Source: Macrostomum lignano
Taxonomy: Eukaryota
Assembly (NCBI GenBank): GCA_002269645.1
Contig: NIVC01004512.1
Span: forward strand, 1-43,577
Length of the DNA: 43,577 bases
Direction: 5' to 3'
Shown piece after piece: positions 12,011 through 29,407 of the stretch (positions within the stretch are counted from its first letter, which is position 1; the number at the start of each line of letters is the position of its first letter). The translations under genes were made by a program, and so were the position numbers. Under the pieces are notes generated by a model. It was not told where the DNA came from, searched no databases, and saw only the letters and a program-made list of their open reading frames with translations.

Positions 12011-12279
12011 TCGAATTTTAGGTTCCGAACAAATCCATCACATTTATAGTTCACAAAATACAGTTTAAAGTTCACTGATATTCCAAGAACTACTTAAGTA
12101 TATTACGTTACATTAGTCGTCCTATTCTTTAATACGAGTACTCATAAACAGAAAAATCGGTAATAAAACATTTTTATTGATAAAAAGAATCAGTTAAGGT
12201 TAACAAAAATCACAAATCACTGCAAGTGAAGCAACATATTCATGCAGAAATCAGAGAAGTTGAGAGTTCGAGAATTCGA

Positions 12280-15797
<3,518 letters not shown>

Positions 15798-16124
15798 GAC
15801 TGAAGAATCTCCCAAACAGCCTGGCAATTTCAAAATTCTTGTCTAAAACTCAACGAGCTCTATAGCTCTCTCAGTATACAGTAGAGAAGTGTAGAGACAG
15901 CATGCAACGAGTCTAAACACTGCTCCACATTTTAATCGGCTAGTTAGTAGATAAGGTTTCCTAGGATACAACGGAGTGAACGTGGCCAAAACTGTGCAGA
16001 ATTAAGTACTGTAACTCGACGCCATTTATTGCAAGCGACTTGATAAAAATAAGTATTGTAAACTATAAACGTATGAATTTAGTAAGGTGAGATTCCAGGA
16101 ATCTGCAGATGAGATATAGATGAG

Positions 16125-16880
<756 letters not shown>

Positions 16881-19214
16881 CGCTCCCAAATGCAGAGTCT
16901 GATGAGTGATGGAGGGAACTAACAGCAGCACGCTATGGTTCGTACTTTGTAGACCTACCCATGTGCCCTCGCCAATCACGCCATGCATCTGATAGAGTAG
17001 CAGGCTCTTGGGAGCCGGGGTAGATGGCTTGTCATGAACTTCTGTGCTTGCGTGGGTTGTCCATCAAGCAGAACTACATGTATAGGCAGGATGCGGCTTG
17101 TGTTATCAGCTCATCAGTCGGTCAGGAAGTATGGTGCATGCACATGGTGTACAGCTCAAGCTTCTCACGATAAGCTGCCAGCGTCATGTCCAAACGCTAG
17201 CATTATACTTTTCAGGCAAAATAGCCTACGCAAAAAAGTTATCCCCAGCAGCAAGAGCGCTTCGTCAACACTTCCGCTTGCCAAACCCAGAAAAAACTGA
17301 AATCCAAGAGCAAACTTCTCATTTGCTCCCAGTTTGCTAAGCGGGAGAGAGAAGGCCAAGCAGTAAGGAAAGGGAAGGCAAAGTAAATTCAAGTTATATA
17401 AATTTGAGCTTGAACTATATGTTGACCAAGTGAAACTTGAAGAAAGCTTACTGCATACAAAGGATCGTGTTTGCTTTTATAGGCTGGCTGGCTTAGAATT
17501 TTCTGTCTCGAAAATTGTTTAACTAACTAACGAGGCGACGAGCACAGTAAGGAAAAGGTTTTTTTGCGCGGTGTCTTTTTTGTAGCTAATAAGACCCCAG
17601 GATAGAGATCTGCTCCAAGCCCTTAATTTCGACCCTTTCTTGCTTTGTACACTGAAGTTTGTTTGACGCTTCGGGGTAGGAGGATCTTTGCAAGAGTACA
17701 GTACGTAGAAGTGAACCCCGAGGGGGTGGTTGTTCACGAATGTACATTGATTTCAAAGGACCGATTGGTCAAACAGAGGGGGGTGTGCCGCGTGCGTACA
17801 TTGCGGCCTTCCCCCCACTTAACACACAAGCCCCCGCTGTCTCAATATTTAAAATAAGTCTGCCCGAATAGATATCGGCCACTGCTGTGCATGTCGCTCT
17901 CCAATTAAGTGTGTCCTAAATTAAAATTGTCTTAAATATCTGCGATTTTGACAATTCTGTTTTTTGACTCCCTCGCATAAAGTACACGCACCCGAGATTG
18001 ATTAGACCTGCCTTTTCTTAACACAGTCTCTCGGCCAGGCCAGGCGAATCGCAGATTGCACAGAAAGCCTCAATCTTCAGCCTCAGTGAATCCCGTCCAT
18101 CCATAATTTATTGTCTTCTCTCGTTTTTCTTACCCACTCCCCGTATACTAAGCCTGCGAGTGCCAGCTTCTCTGCTGCATCAGATTAAACCCGTTTATTG
18201 CAGCCGGGATAGCGAATCCTCCTCCGCCCTCATAACACATAGCCATTTGCATATAATCTGAGATCAAAATCTGTCAAAGCCAGTGAGAAAGGAAGGAGAA
18301 AGAAAGGATATTCTCCCTCGGCAACGAGTCCAGTAAAAAAAGTGTAACTGCGGTTAAGGGTTAACTTGCTTCGGTTGGCCTTACATCTTCTTATTCGAAT
18401 ACATCGTCTTCAGAAACCAGCAAACAAAGGGTAAGGCTGCGATGCTGTTATTAGCCAATTTTACATCATTGCACATACCTATAAGCACAGCAGGGGGACA
18501 CCATGGCGCCTCAAAGCCCGACCAAATAAGTCCCACAGCTTACGCCCCTGCATCAAATGACAAAATGAGTTCAATTTTGGCTCCCAGCTTAAATCTTTTT
18601 AAGTTTCTTATATAACTGGCTTAGTAAGTATTGAAATTTTGCTAATCATTTTGGCCAGCTTATGCGTTAACATTATACCCTAGTAAATTAGTAATTAATG
18701 ATCAATACCTTATGTATGTATTCATGCATTTTTGGTTTTGTACCAAAAACTCGTAAATCCTGTCCTCCTGAAGCAGCAACTATAGTCTTTTATCTGGCAC
18801 AGGTTTTTCATTACTCGCGAGTTGTAACTCAGATAGGCTTCAAAATCCTTTCATATTGAGTCTTTATGGTTCTTACGAGCGTAATTTGTAAATCTGAATT
18901 CTGCACGAGATTGTATTTTATCAGTTTTTTTCTAATTAGTTACCGTGCTCACAAGGAGAGCGAGGGAGATTGGGTTTCTTCTGCGTGGAGCAGTGCAGCG
19001 GTGTGCACAGTAAACCTTTTCTGCTAGCTTCACTAACTACAGTTATTAAAGTACACGGTTCTTACATTAGATTGTGCCAACTGCAACTTGGCTGGTTTCT
19101 TATCTGTAGGCGATTTAAGGCCAAGTTGTGATTATTAGTTTTAAGTAAGCATTAAAGCTGATTTATAACGCTGCCAAGTGCTTAAACTTTGCTCAAATCG
19201 GTGCTGGTATCAGT

Positions 19215-19560
19215 ACTTCAGGATCTGGGATCTGTGATTCAGGGTCTGGGATCAGTAATTCAGGATCTGGGATCTGTGATTCAGGGAATCAGGGTCTGGG
19301 ATCAGTGATTCAGGATCTGGGATCAGTAATTCAGGGTCTGGGATCTGTGATTCAGGATCTGGGATCTGTGATTCAGGGTCTGGGATCAGTAATTCAGGGT
19401 CTGGGATCAGTGATTCAGGATCTGGGATCAGTAATTCAGGGTCTGGGATCAGTGATTCAGGATCTGGGATCAGTGATTCAGGATCTGGGATCAGTAATTC
19501 AGAAACAAGGATCAGTAATTCGTAATGCGAGATCTGTAATACAGAATGTGAAGTCTGGAT
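19215..19560. repeat. 21-bp minisatellite (TGATTCAGGATCTGGGATCAG)
   Basis: Tandem units; gives the VIQDLGS pseudo-ORF. Confidence 0.9.
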
Positions 19561-19811
19561 CAGTGGATTCTGTAATTTGTGATGAGAAATCAGCTAATCT
19601 CTAATCATTTCATTCTTGCTCAGTAATTTGTAGCCATCCTATAGCAGTCAGAGCTGCTGCTAAAGCAGTTGCCAACCTTTTAATTACAAATCTGAGTCTT
19701 CTTTTTAGCAGAGCAGAACAAATCTGCACAAGATTTGATGCAATTATTGCTTTTTGTAACTAGCATATGAACACACTAAGATAAGCTCGTAGAATTTATG
19801 GCTGTTATGAG

Positions 19812-20672
19812 AAGCTAAGGCTGGAAGAAGCTAAGGCTGTAAGAAGCTAAGGCTGTAAGATGCTACAAGGCTGTAAGAAGCGAAGGCTGTAAGATGCTAT
19901 AAGGCTGTAAGACGCGAAGGCTGCAAGACGCTAAGGCTGTAAGACACTAAGGCTGTAGCCTGTAAGAAGCTAAGGTTGCAAGACGCTAAGGCTGTAAGAC
20001 GCTAAGGCTGTAAGACGCTAAGGCTGTAAGACGCGAAGGCTGCAAGACGCTAAGGCTGCAAGACGCTAAGGATGTGAGACGCTAAGGCTGCAAGACGCTA
20101 AGGATGTGAGACGCTAAGGCTGCAAGACGCTAAGGATGTGAGACGCTAAGGCTGTAAGAAGATAAGGCTGTAAGACGCTAAGGCTGTAAGACGCTAAGGC
20201 TGTAAGAGCTAAGGCTGCAAGACGCTAAGGATGTGAGACGCTAAGGATGTGAGACGCTAAGGCTGTAAGAAAATAAGGCTGTAAGACGCTAAGGCTGTAA
20301 GACGCTAAGGCTGTAAGACGCTAAGGAGATGCTAAGGCTGTAAGACGACAAGGCTGCAAGACGCGAAGGCTGCAAGACGCTAAGGCTGCAAGACGCTAAG
20401 GATGTGAGACGCTAAGGCTGTAAGAAGATAAGGCTGTAAGACGCTAAGGCTGTAAGACGCTAAGGCTGTAAGACACTAAGGCTGTAAGAGCTAAGGCTGC
20501 AAGACGCTAAGGATGTGAGACGCTAAGGATGTGAGACGCTAAGGCTGTAAGAAGATAAGGATGAGACGCTAAGGCTGTAAGATGCTAAGGATATAAGACG
20601 CTAAGGCTGTAAGACGCTAAGGCTGTAAGACGCTAAGGCTGTAAGACGCTAAGGCTGTAAGACGCTAAGACT
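19812..20672. repeat. 16-bp minisatellite (GACGCTAAGGCTGTAA)
   Basis: About 50 tandem units with variants. Confidence 0.95.
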
Positions 20673-21363
20673 GACGGTAAGGCTCTTAGACCCTGACACC
20701 ATAGCAGCCATGCCATTCGGGTTGTTATAATTAACAGAGATGTTTAGCGAAGGCACCAACACACTCATACAATGATGAAGCCAATCACTGCAAAAGGCTA
20801 AGTGGTTTCATCTGTATACATCTGCTTTTTCCCCTCATTAATGCCTCATCACGAGAGTTGGGCAAACAACCATAGCCCTTAGCTTTCATAGTTGCTGCTT
20901 TTGCAATAATTTAGCACTGCGCAATGCAGAATACCACAGGATCTATTTTGAGCAGAGCGTGTAAGCAGCTCATCAGGTCCACCAGATTGCCTAAGGATCG
21001 AATGACTGCTCATGTCTGTCGAGAACTTGAGAAGATTGACAAGAAGCATGAGCTAATGGCAGTAGGAGTCATTTCAGAGAGAAATTTTCGGGGTGGGTCC
21101 TTTATTCCCCCTCGCTTCTCTACTCGGCTTTCTCAATCCCATCTTCTTTCTCTCTGCTCGACTACTCGAGTCTTCCTGTTGCTTTTGCTCCTCCCTGCCT
21201 GCTTTTCTCTCCAGCATAAGTGCGTTCCAGTTGCCTCTTCACTGCGAACCACAGAGCGCTGCCTCCCGCCACTTCCTTTCTCTGTGTGCTGCTTCATTTT
21301 AGGGACTTGCCCTTTGATGATGGGTTTCACTTACTGCATGGAGCTCTCTGACTGTCTCGGCTG

Positions 21364-21850
<487 letters not shown>

Positions 21851-21879
21851 TATCATCATCATCTTCATCACGCATACAG

Positions 21880-24522
21880 GTAATTTTCACTGCCAGAAAG
21901 CCAGCCAGCACCAGCATGGAGGCTGCGCCATCCATCGGGCTGCACTGCCCGCATCCGGAGCGGATTCGAACTCCGGACTCCGCATGCGAATCTGTCCGAG
22001 CTGCAGTGAACGCCATCATCGGCTCTGACGGTGGCACCGGCGGCGTCTCCGAAGCCGAGCGTCGGGCAATTCAGCTTGCCAACTTCTCCAACTGGGAGCA
22101 CGAGGACGCCCGGCTGCTGGTATACATGCGCCAGATGTACATCGATGTCGGCTTGGTGGAGCGACTGCCGATTGATGAGGACAAACTGCTGTCGTTCCTG
22201 CTCAGGATTTATGCTGGGTATAACCAGGTAAAGCTTTGGGTTGAGATTTGTCAGGGTGAGATTTTAGGAATCTAATGATGAGATTTGTCAGGGTGAGATT
22301 TTAGGAATTTAAAATGATGAGACTTGTCAGGGTGAGATTATTGGAATCTAATGATGAGATTTGTCAGGGTGAGATTCTTAGGAATCTAAAATGATGAGAT
22401 TTGTCAGGGTGAGATTCTAGGAATCTAATGATGAGATTTGTCAGGGTGAGCTTCTTAGGAATCTAAAATGATGAGATTTGTCAGGGTGAGATTCTAGAAA
22501 TCTAAAATGATGAGACTTGTCAGGGTGAGATTCTAGGAATTTAATGATGAGATTTGTCAGGGTGAGATTCTAGGAATCTAGTGTTGAGATGTCAGGATGA
22601 GATTCTAGGAATCTAATGATGAGATTTGTCGGGGTGAGATTCTAGGAATCTAGTGTTGAGATTTGTCAGGGTGAGATTCTAGGAATCTAGTGTTGAGATG
22701 TCAGGATGAGATTCTAGGAATCTAATGATGAGATTTGTCAGAATGAGATTCTAGGAATCTAATGATGAGATTTGTCGGGGTGAGATTCTAGGAATCTAAT
22801 GATGAGATTTGTCAGAATGAGATTCTAGGAATCTAATGATGAGATTTGTCGGGGTGAGATTCTAGGAATCTAATGATGAGATTTGTCGGGGTGAGATTCT
22901 AGGAATCTAATGATGAGATTTGTCAGAATGAGATTCTAGGAATCTAATGATGAGATTTGTCAGAATGAGATTCTAGGAATCTAATGATGAGATTTGTCGG
23001 GGTGAGATTCTAGGAATCTAGTGTTGAGATTTGTCAGGGTGAGATTCTAGGCAAAATATACCCAACAGCATTCCCACGCTAATCTCATTCCTTGTCCACA
23101 GGTTCCTTTCCACAATTTCCGTCACTGCTTCATGGTGACGCAGATGACCTACTCAATAATCTGGCTGGGCAATCTTCATGCAATCTGCTCAGACTCCGAG
23201 CTTGTCGCCCTGCTCACAGCCGCTGTCTGTCACGATCTGGACCATCCCGGCTTATCGAACTACTATCAGCGCCTGGCTGCCACCAAGATCGCATCGAGCT
23301 ACTCGGCCTCCCCGTTGGAGAGCCATCACGCTGCCACGGCTCTGGCGGTGCTGTCGGACCCGGCTTGCGATATCCTGGCCAGCCTGACAGCGGAGACTCG
23401 CTCCGGAGTTGAAGGCGCAATCCAGAGGCTGATCCTGGCCACCGACATGGCGCATCACGCCGAGATTTTGGCCGAGTTTGAGGCGGCCGTGGAGGCTGGG
23501 CAGTTCAGCCTGCAGGATCTGAGCGACTGCTCTGCGGATAGTCGGGAACTCCTGCTGCGAATTGTGCTCAAAACTGCCGACGTTAGCAACGAGGCGAGGC
23601 CCGTGGCAACCGCTGAGCGATGGATCGACTGTCTGCTGGCTGAGTTCTTTGCCGAGGCGCGGCTGGAACAGGAATCTGGTGAGGGAGCTTTGAGGATGCG
23701 CATCGCGGGAAAACTCTTGCTGGACCAGTCTCCAGATCCTCAGTTGCTGGGCCAGCCTCCCAGATCCTCAGTTGCTGGGCCAGCCTCCCAGATTCTCAGT
23801 TGCTGGGCCAGCCTCCCAGATCCTCAGTTGCTGGGCCAGCCTCCCAGATCCTCAGTTGCTGGGCCAGCCTCCCAGATCCTCAGTTGCTGGGCCAGCCTCC
23901 CAGATCCTCAGTTGCTGGCCAACCTCCCAGATCCTCAGTTGCTGCGCCAGCCTCCCAGATCCTCAGTTGCTGGGCCAGCCTCCCAGATCCTCAGTTGCTG
24001 GACCAGTCTCCCAGATCCTCAGTTGCTGGGCCAGCCACCCAGATCCTCAGTTGCTGGTCAACCTCCCAGATCTTCAGTTGCTGCGCCAGCCTCCCAGATC
24101 CTCAGTTGCTGGACCAGTCTCCCAGATCCTCAGTTGCTGGGCCAGCCTCCCAGATCCGGCAGTGTACCCACTGTGCCTTGGGCGTTGTCACCTTGCACAA
24201 GCCGCAAACCAATTTCTGTACACAAGTTTTGCAGATGCCAAAAACTCATTATCTCCTACTTTAATAAGTAGTGTACGCATACTCTCCTGCACCCTCGCAA
24301 GACATCAGTCCCCTGCCGTTCATGAACCCGGCCTTGGTGCGCAAGGCGGTCAGTCAGCAGCAGTTCATCGGCGGCATCGTCCTGCCGCTGTCCCTCGCTC
24401 TCGCCCGCGTGCTGCCGCGCACCGAGACGGACATTGTGCAGCCGGTCAAACGCCAGCTGGAGTTCTACACTCGCCTGGTTGAGGATGAAGAACGGGAAGC
24501 TGCTGTCGCTGAAGAGGATTGA
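21880..24522 (+). CDS. Class I 3',5'-cyclic nucleotide phosphodiesterase, PDE9-like catalytic domain
   Basis: Exons 21880 (acceptor; in-frame ATG at 21916)-22227, 23102-23678 and 24302-24522, phases consistent. Motifs VPFHNFRHCFMVTQMTY, CHDLDHPG, LILATDMA, TADVSNEARP, ERWIDCLL, PFMN and SQQQF closely follow PDE9 (NPFHNFRHCF, DISNEVRP, WVDCLL). Upstream exons not identified. Confidence 0.88.
22240..23051. repeat. About 37-bp minisatellite (GATGAGATTTGTCAGGGTGAGATTCTAGGAATCTAAT) filling a PDE intron
   Basis: About 22 tandem units starting within ~15 bp of the donor. Confidence 0.95.
23715..24155. repeat. 28-bp minisatellite (TTGCTGGGCCAGCCTCCCAGATCCTCAG) in a PDE intron
   Basis: About 15 units; artificially extends ORF 23132-24271. 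Confidence 0.95.
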
Positions 24523-25209
24523 CGCAGATGAGGATAATAGCGGCGCTGGTCAGGCATAGCAAAATGGTTGTTTTTTGCATGCTTAAGACTGGCGAAGTTA
24601 GTACGCAGATACTTTATTATTAACGATTGCGTTAAATTTTGTATTAAAATCTAAATCCAATTCAAATTGGCGCGAATGAGGAACGGGTTTTTTTAAACGG
24701 CGGTTAAAACGTCTAAAAAAATCAACAAGTTATTGTAAAACACAGCAATGCGAATTGATTGTCTGCAGAGGAACAAAAGCTTAGGAACTCCTTAAAATTC
24801 ATAATAATGAATATAAGACCGTTGTTGGACACCATGGCACGATGCAGAGACAACATGGGGGGTCGGTGTTTACTGTTTAACCTTTAACCAACCTTTAATA
24901 TAGTATTTAAAGGTTTTCTTAGATTTTGTCTCTCTTTGGCACCAATTTGAATTTGATTTAAATTTAAAGATTTGAATTAGAGTAAAATGATAGAAGTTAA
25001 ACTACAAAATCATTCCAAAATTAACTAATTTCAGTTTTACATCTCCACTATATCCTACGAGTATTCTGTGTGTTTTGTTTTTGCCTCCTATCAGATATCT
25101 TGCTAAATTATTTTTCGACAAGTTTGATATCAAGTTACGAGTAGTTTCGCTTATTCAGGGGTTGGCATTTTTTTACCTCGATGGCCAGGTAAAGAATACA
25201 GCTCATGGC

Positions 25210-25380
25210 CAGATGAGAGAGGAAAGGAGAGGGAATAGAGCAGAGAGAAGAGGAAAGGGGAGATTAGAGGAGATGACGATGAGAGAAGAGATGAGGTGAG
25301 AGATAAAGGAGAGAGAGGACATATGACATAGGATAAGAGAGGAGAGGAGATGAGAGAGGAGAAAAGAGAGCTGAGAAGAG
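25210..25380. repeat. GA-rich low-complexity tract
   Basis: Polypurine stretch with no fixed unit. Confidence 0.7.
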
Positions 25381-28003
25381 ACACAAACCTTGAGCAGGCC
25401 GGATTCATTAGTGAAGTTTTAAAGAATCCGAGAGCCGGAAAAAGAGGCTTCGTTGCATTTTGCCGGACTTTCCGGGTTGATCGGGTTCTGTAATAAAAAC
25501 TGTGATTTTTGTTTGTTGCTTTAAAACCTTGTCTGCGTTCTCTTTACGAGCTTTGTCATTCGATATTCATCTGTCAAATGTGTCTCGCATATTTCTATAC
25601 AATATTCTCTATTATTTTACATGTAATTTGTGTTTTTATTATTCTTATCAGGTTGCTGTGATACAATGACTGCTCTCAGTTAAAATTTTCCATTTCGCCT
25701 TGCTTGACCTTGACCAATGCATATGAGCGTTGGAATTTGGCTGCGTTGGAATTTGGCTGCGTTGGAATTTGGCTTGTTTCATTTAGACTTATTTATATAA
25801 CAGATTTTAGACTGACTTTTAAATATCGAACTTATGCAATATTAACGGCCACTAATATTATTTAATGACATGATCGAAGTAAAATATCAATGACATTTGT
25901 GAATTTTCAGCTAAATGTGCAAAAGCTGACTTTTGAAATCGTTTTAAATACACTTAATGTCTGACATTTCTATAGCGATTTTTGCTGACATGCTTACTGC
26001 TTGAGCTGTCGTGAAATTATCCGGGTCCCGCATTGTCCTCCAAATGTCTTTAATTAATAGAGGCCCACGACTTGCCAGAGGTTCCGGGATCATTGCAATG
26101 CTTATACTTTTACGAGTAGTATCTGGATGTTCTCACGCTTGTCCCAGACCCAGACTAAAACTGGAAATATCTACCTCAACACCAAGGATCACTAGAAGAA
26201 GTGGTCTTCTAGTGGTCCTTGCTCAACACATTTTTAAATGTGTTTTTCAAAAGCAGCAATTTTTCTGAGTCTCGAATGTAGCAACACGGTTATATCAGAA
26301 AATAGGCTACGAACAATTTATTAAAACTAACTTTCTTATTGAAGGAATCTGCGCTATTTTTGTTTTAATGTATGTTTTAACGATTTTAAAATACAAATCA
26401 CTTAGATTTTTGTGCTGATATATAATAATGTTTGTGAGCCGATTTAATGACAATTAATTAAACTTAGGTTTTATATAATAATATATATGTTAATACAATT
26501 TTGATTTAAATTTCAGCATCACTGCTCTCTTCTGTTTGAGTTCTCCGCTGTAAGCCATTGGTAGTTGGTACTGATGTTGCTAGAGACGTAGAGAGGACCA
26601 CTTGTCTTCTTGACCACTTCGGCATCGGCACTTGTCTTACCTTAAAACTAGGCCAGTAAGGCCAAGGGCACACATAGGATAGTGCCCCTTTGCCTGGAAA
26701 TTCTGGCGCACAGAAACCTTCACAGGTCAATACTTTAGCACATGTGGCACATATAGTGTAAATGTGAAGATAGTTTAAAAGCATTTAGCTATAATAAATA
26801 AAAAGTTGCCCTAGGCCTAGCCTATAGCAAGTTGGAAAAGGATTAAATAGTGAAGACTCAAGGAATATATTTGGTACTAGGCCTACTTGAATACCAAATA
26901 GAGGAATGTTATCATTATATTGACTATAAACTTAATTTTTTGTTTTATCAATAATTATAATTGCAATACAAGCTTTATTAACAAGTTGTAAACTTAGTTA
27001 GCTTTATTAAAAATTTTATATGCAATTAATAATAAAAGTTTTTATTACCAAAAGGATAGATATTTGTAGAAAAAGTAAAAAATCATATATCAAAGTCTCT
27101 ATGGCATAAGGCACTTTTTCAAAATTGATCAATCACTTGATCTGCATTAACTGTGCCAACTTCCAGGTGGATATGCAATAGAGATAGAGCTAGTGCATGG
27201 TAATTTCATCTGCTGGCGAGCCATATGAAGAGTTCTTTTGTGATGTTTTTGCATGTATAGGCCCTAATATTGTTTAATGCAATATTTCTAAGAAATATTA
27301 TATTTAATTTAAATATCTATTGAAAAAAGTTTTGTGGCAATCAGTTAGTCATTAGTGAATCAGAAGTTCACATTTGAATATGATTGTGAGCATTGTTATG
27401 ATCCCTAGCCCCATCCCAATCCAATGATGATAATGCATTTGCTATCTTATTGCAAAGTTTATATAAACTTAACTTTGAATTATATAGCCTACCTATGTAT
27501 AAAAGTCAAGTCAACATTTGGTGGGTCTTAAAATAATTTTTAAGACCTTTCAAATTTGTCTCTTTTCTCAGTTGCGCCTGGCTAAGGTCAACTTCAGGGG
27601 GGCAGTTGCCCCTCCCTCTGCTCCCCCCTGTTTCTACCCTTGCAAACACTTCACCTTGTGACCTTTGATGAAAAATAGAAACTTTAAAGAGTTTGTCATT
27701 TCGGAGATAGGAAGTGTTTCATAATATTAATTTGTAGTTATTTTTGTTAAGATATATGTTTCATAAATATCTTGAAAAGTTCTATTGAAAAAATTATTTT
27801 ATTTCCCAGTTTTCTAGAATATTCAAACATAGAGAAGTCTTAACAATAGATAATGATATAAAAGAAAGCTAAAAAATAATAAAATGTTGTTTAAAATTAA
27901 TTAAAAATGATAGTAAAAAATTGTTCTTGGCAAAATGATCATACATAGTACCCTAGACCTACCAGCCTATAGGTTATAGAACTTGTTTCAATGACAAGAT
28001 ACT

Positions 28004-28542
28004 CAGTGTTCGGAGTGGGGGTCCTGCAATTTTTTGCGCCTGAGGTAAATTTTTGCGCCTATGAGTATGCCTAGGGGCGCAGTCTACTGAAAACAACAGG
28101 TAAATCCCGGTAGTGTTCAAATTTTAGCCCTTAAAAGTATTTTCAGTGCCTAAGTTCCTGTACTAATTTCCACAGCACATTTTATATAAACAAAAATAAA
28201 TCCACAGCTGGAAAAACGCAAAAATGATCGCAGGCAAGGACTCCATCATTTAACCCACATCCTAAACATGTGCCTGACTACATTGCATAGCACACAGTAG
28301 AATAGGCAATATATTGTACCGGAAAACAGCACTGACTTGCCTTGCATACTAATATTGGAGAAGAAACCACCCAACAAATTGGAACAACGTTGCGTTGTGC
28401 GCCATTGAGGAGCCAAAAAATGTAAAGATTTGCGCCATTGAGGAGCCAAAAAATTCACGCCATGGCTTCAGAATTCGCGGATTCGCGCCTGTCCGAGCCA
28501 TTTTCGCGCCAAGCACGAATTCGCTCCACGCTCTGAACACTG
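28004..28542. mobile_element. hAT-type non-autonomous element, 539 bp
   Basis: Termini CAGTGTTCGGAGTG...CGCTCTGAACACTG. Perfect 8-bp TSD AAGATACT at 27996-28003 and 28543-28550. An 8-bp TSD with CAG..CTG ends is the hAT signature. Confidence 0.85.
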
Positions 28543-29075
28543 AAGATACTTTGGTGACAAGAAGACCCTATTGGTGATAGCCATTGCAGTTTCAAACATA
28601 AAATTATCTTGCCAATCTTGCATTGATTTATTTAATTCTGTTTATTTACTTTATAGAGTTACAATCTATTGTATTTATTTTACCTTTTCTAAACCCTATT
28701 GTTTTTCTTGTGATACTGATAGGCATTTTATGATTGATAAAAAATCTAATATAGCCAAAATGGCCAAAACCTTTGCAACAAAGCCTAAAGTCTGTCTTAG
28801 GCCTAAAATGCATAGAAAGACCATAGAAAAACATTTTTTGCCATTTTTGCTATAACCAATGCCTTTAATTCCTTTTTCTTATAGTAAAAATAATTTACTA
28901 TATTAAAAGTTGTTTCAAAGCAAAGCAAAGCAAAAGTTTTTTCTCAATGACAAAAAGTCCAATTAGAATTAAAGTCAACAGTGGTAGAAAATTGACTAGC
29001 TAGGTTTACTTTTGAAATAAGATAGAAAAAATATTGTAGTATATGATTAGGGATTAAATTAGTAAGTAGCTATAG

Positions 29076-29361
29076 CATACATGCGCAACAGTCGGCCGAG
29101 TCGGCCGATCCGGCCGACCGATTTGGTGGCCAACCTTGGAAGTCGCAAAAATGCCCACCCGAAAAACACCAAGTAGTAGTACTAAGTAGCTGACGAGGCA
29201 TTTTTGCTTTGTAAGACACTCATAGTTACTCCTGCCATTTACCCAAAGTTGCGTTAATTGCGTTTTTACATGTAAGTCGCATTTTTGGCCAACAACTACG
29301 TCGCATTTTTGTTAAAACTAAGTCGCACGGCCGACCGAATTTTGAAGGTCGCGCATGTATG
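29076..29361. mobile_element. hAT-type MITE, 286 bp
   Basis: TIRs CATACATGCGC...GCGCATGTATG. Perfect 8-bp TSD AGCTATAG at 29068-29075 and 29362-29369. Subterminal CGGCCG motifs. Confidence 0.85.
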
Positions 29362-29407
29362 AGCTATAGCCATAATTATAATGTTACTACTAGATGGGTT
29401 ATATAGG

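Noticed and set aside
18330-18362. piggyBac-like end (...AACTGCGGTTAAGGGTTAA)
   Set aside because: I could not find a matching opposite TIR with TTAA, so it is unsupported as an element.
18491-18550. Tiny hAT-like remnant CAGGGG...CCCCTG
   Set aside because: Only 6 bp of inverted match and no TSD.
20924-21365. Possible retroelement ORF remnant (RLPKDRMTAHVCRELEK); similar doubts for 17034-17392 and 26506-26784
   Set aside because: No diagnostic RT, endonuclease or zinc-knuckle motif and no clear splice context. A translated search would be needed.
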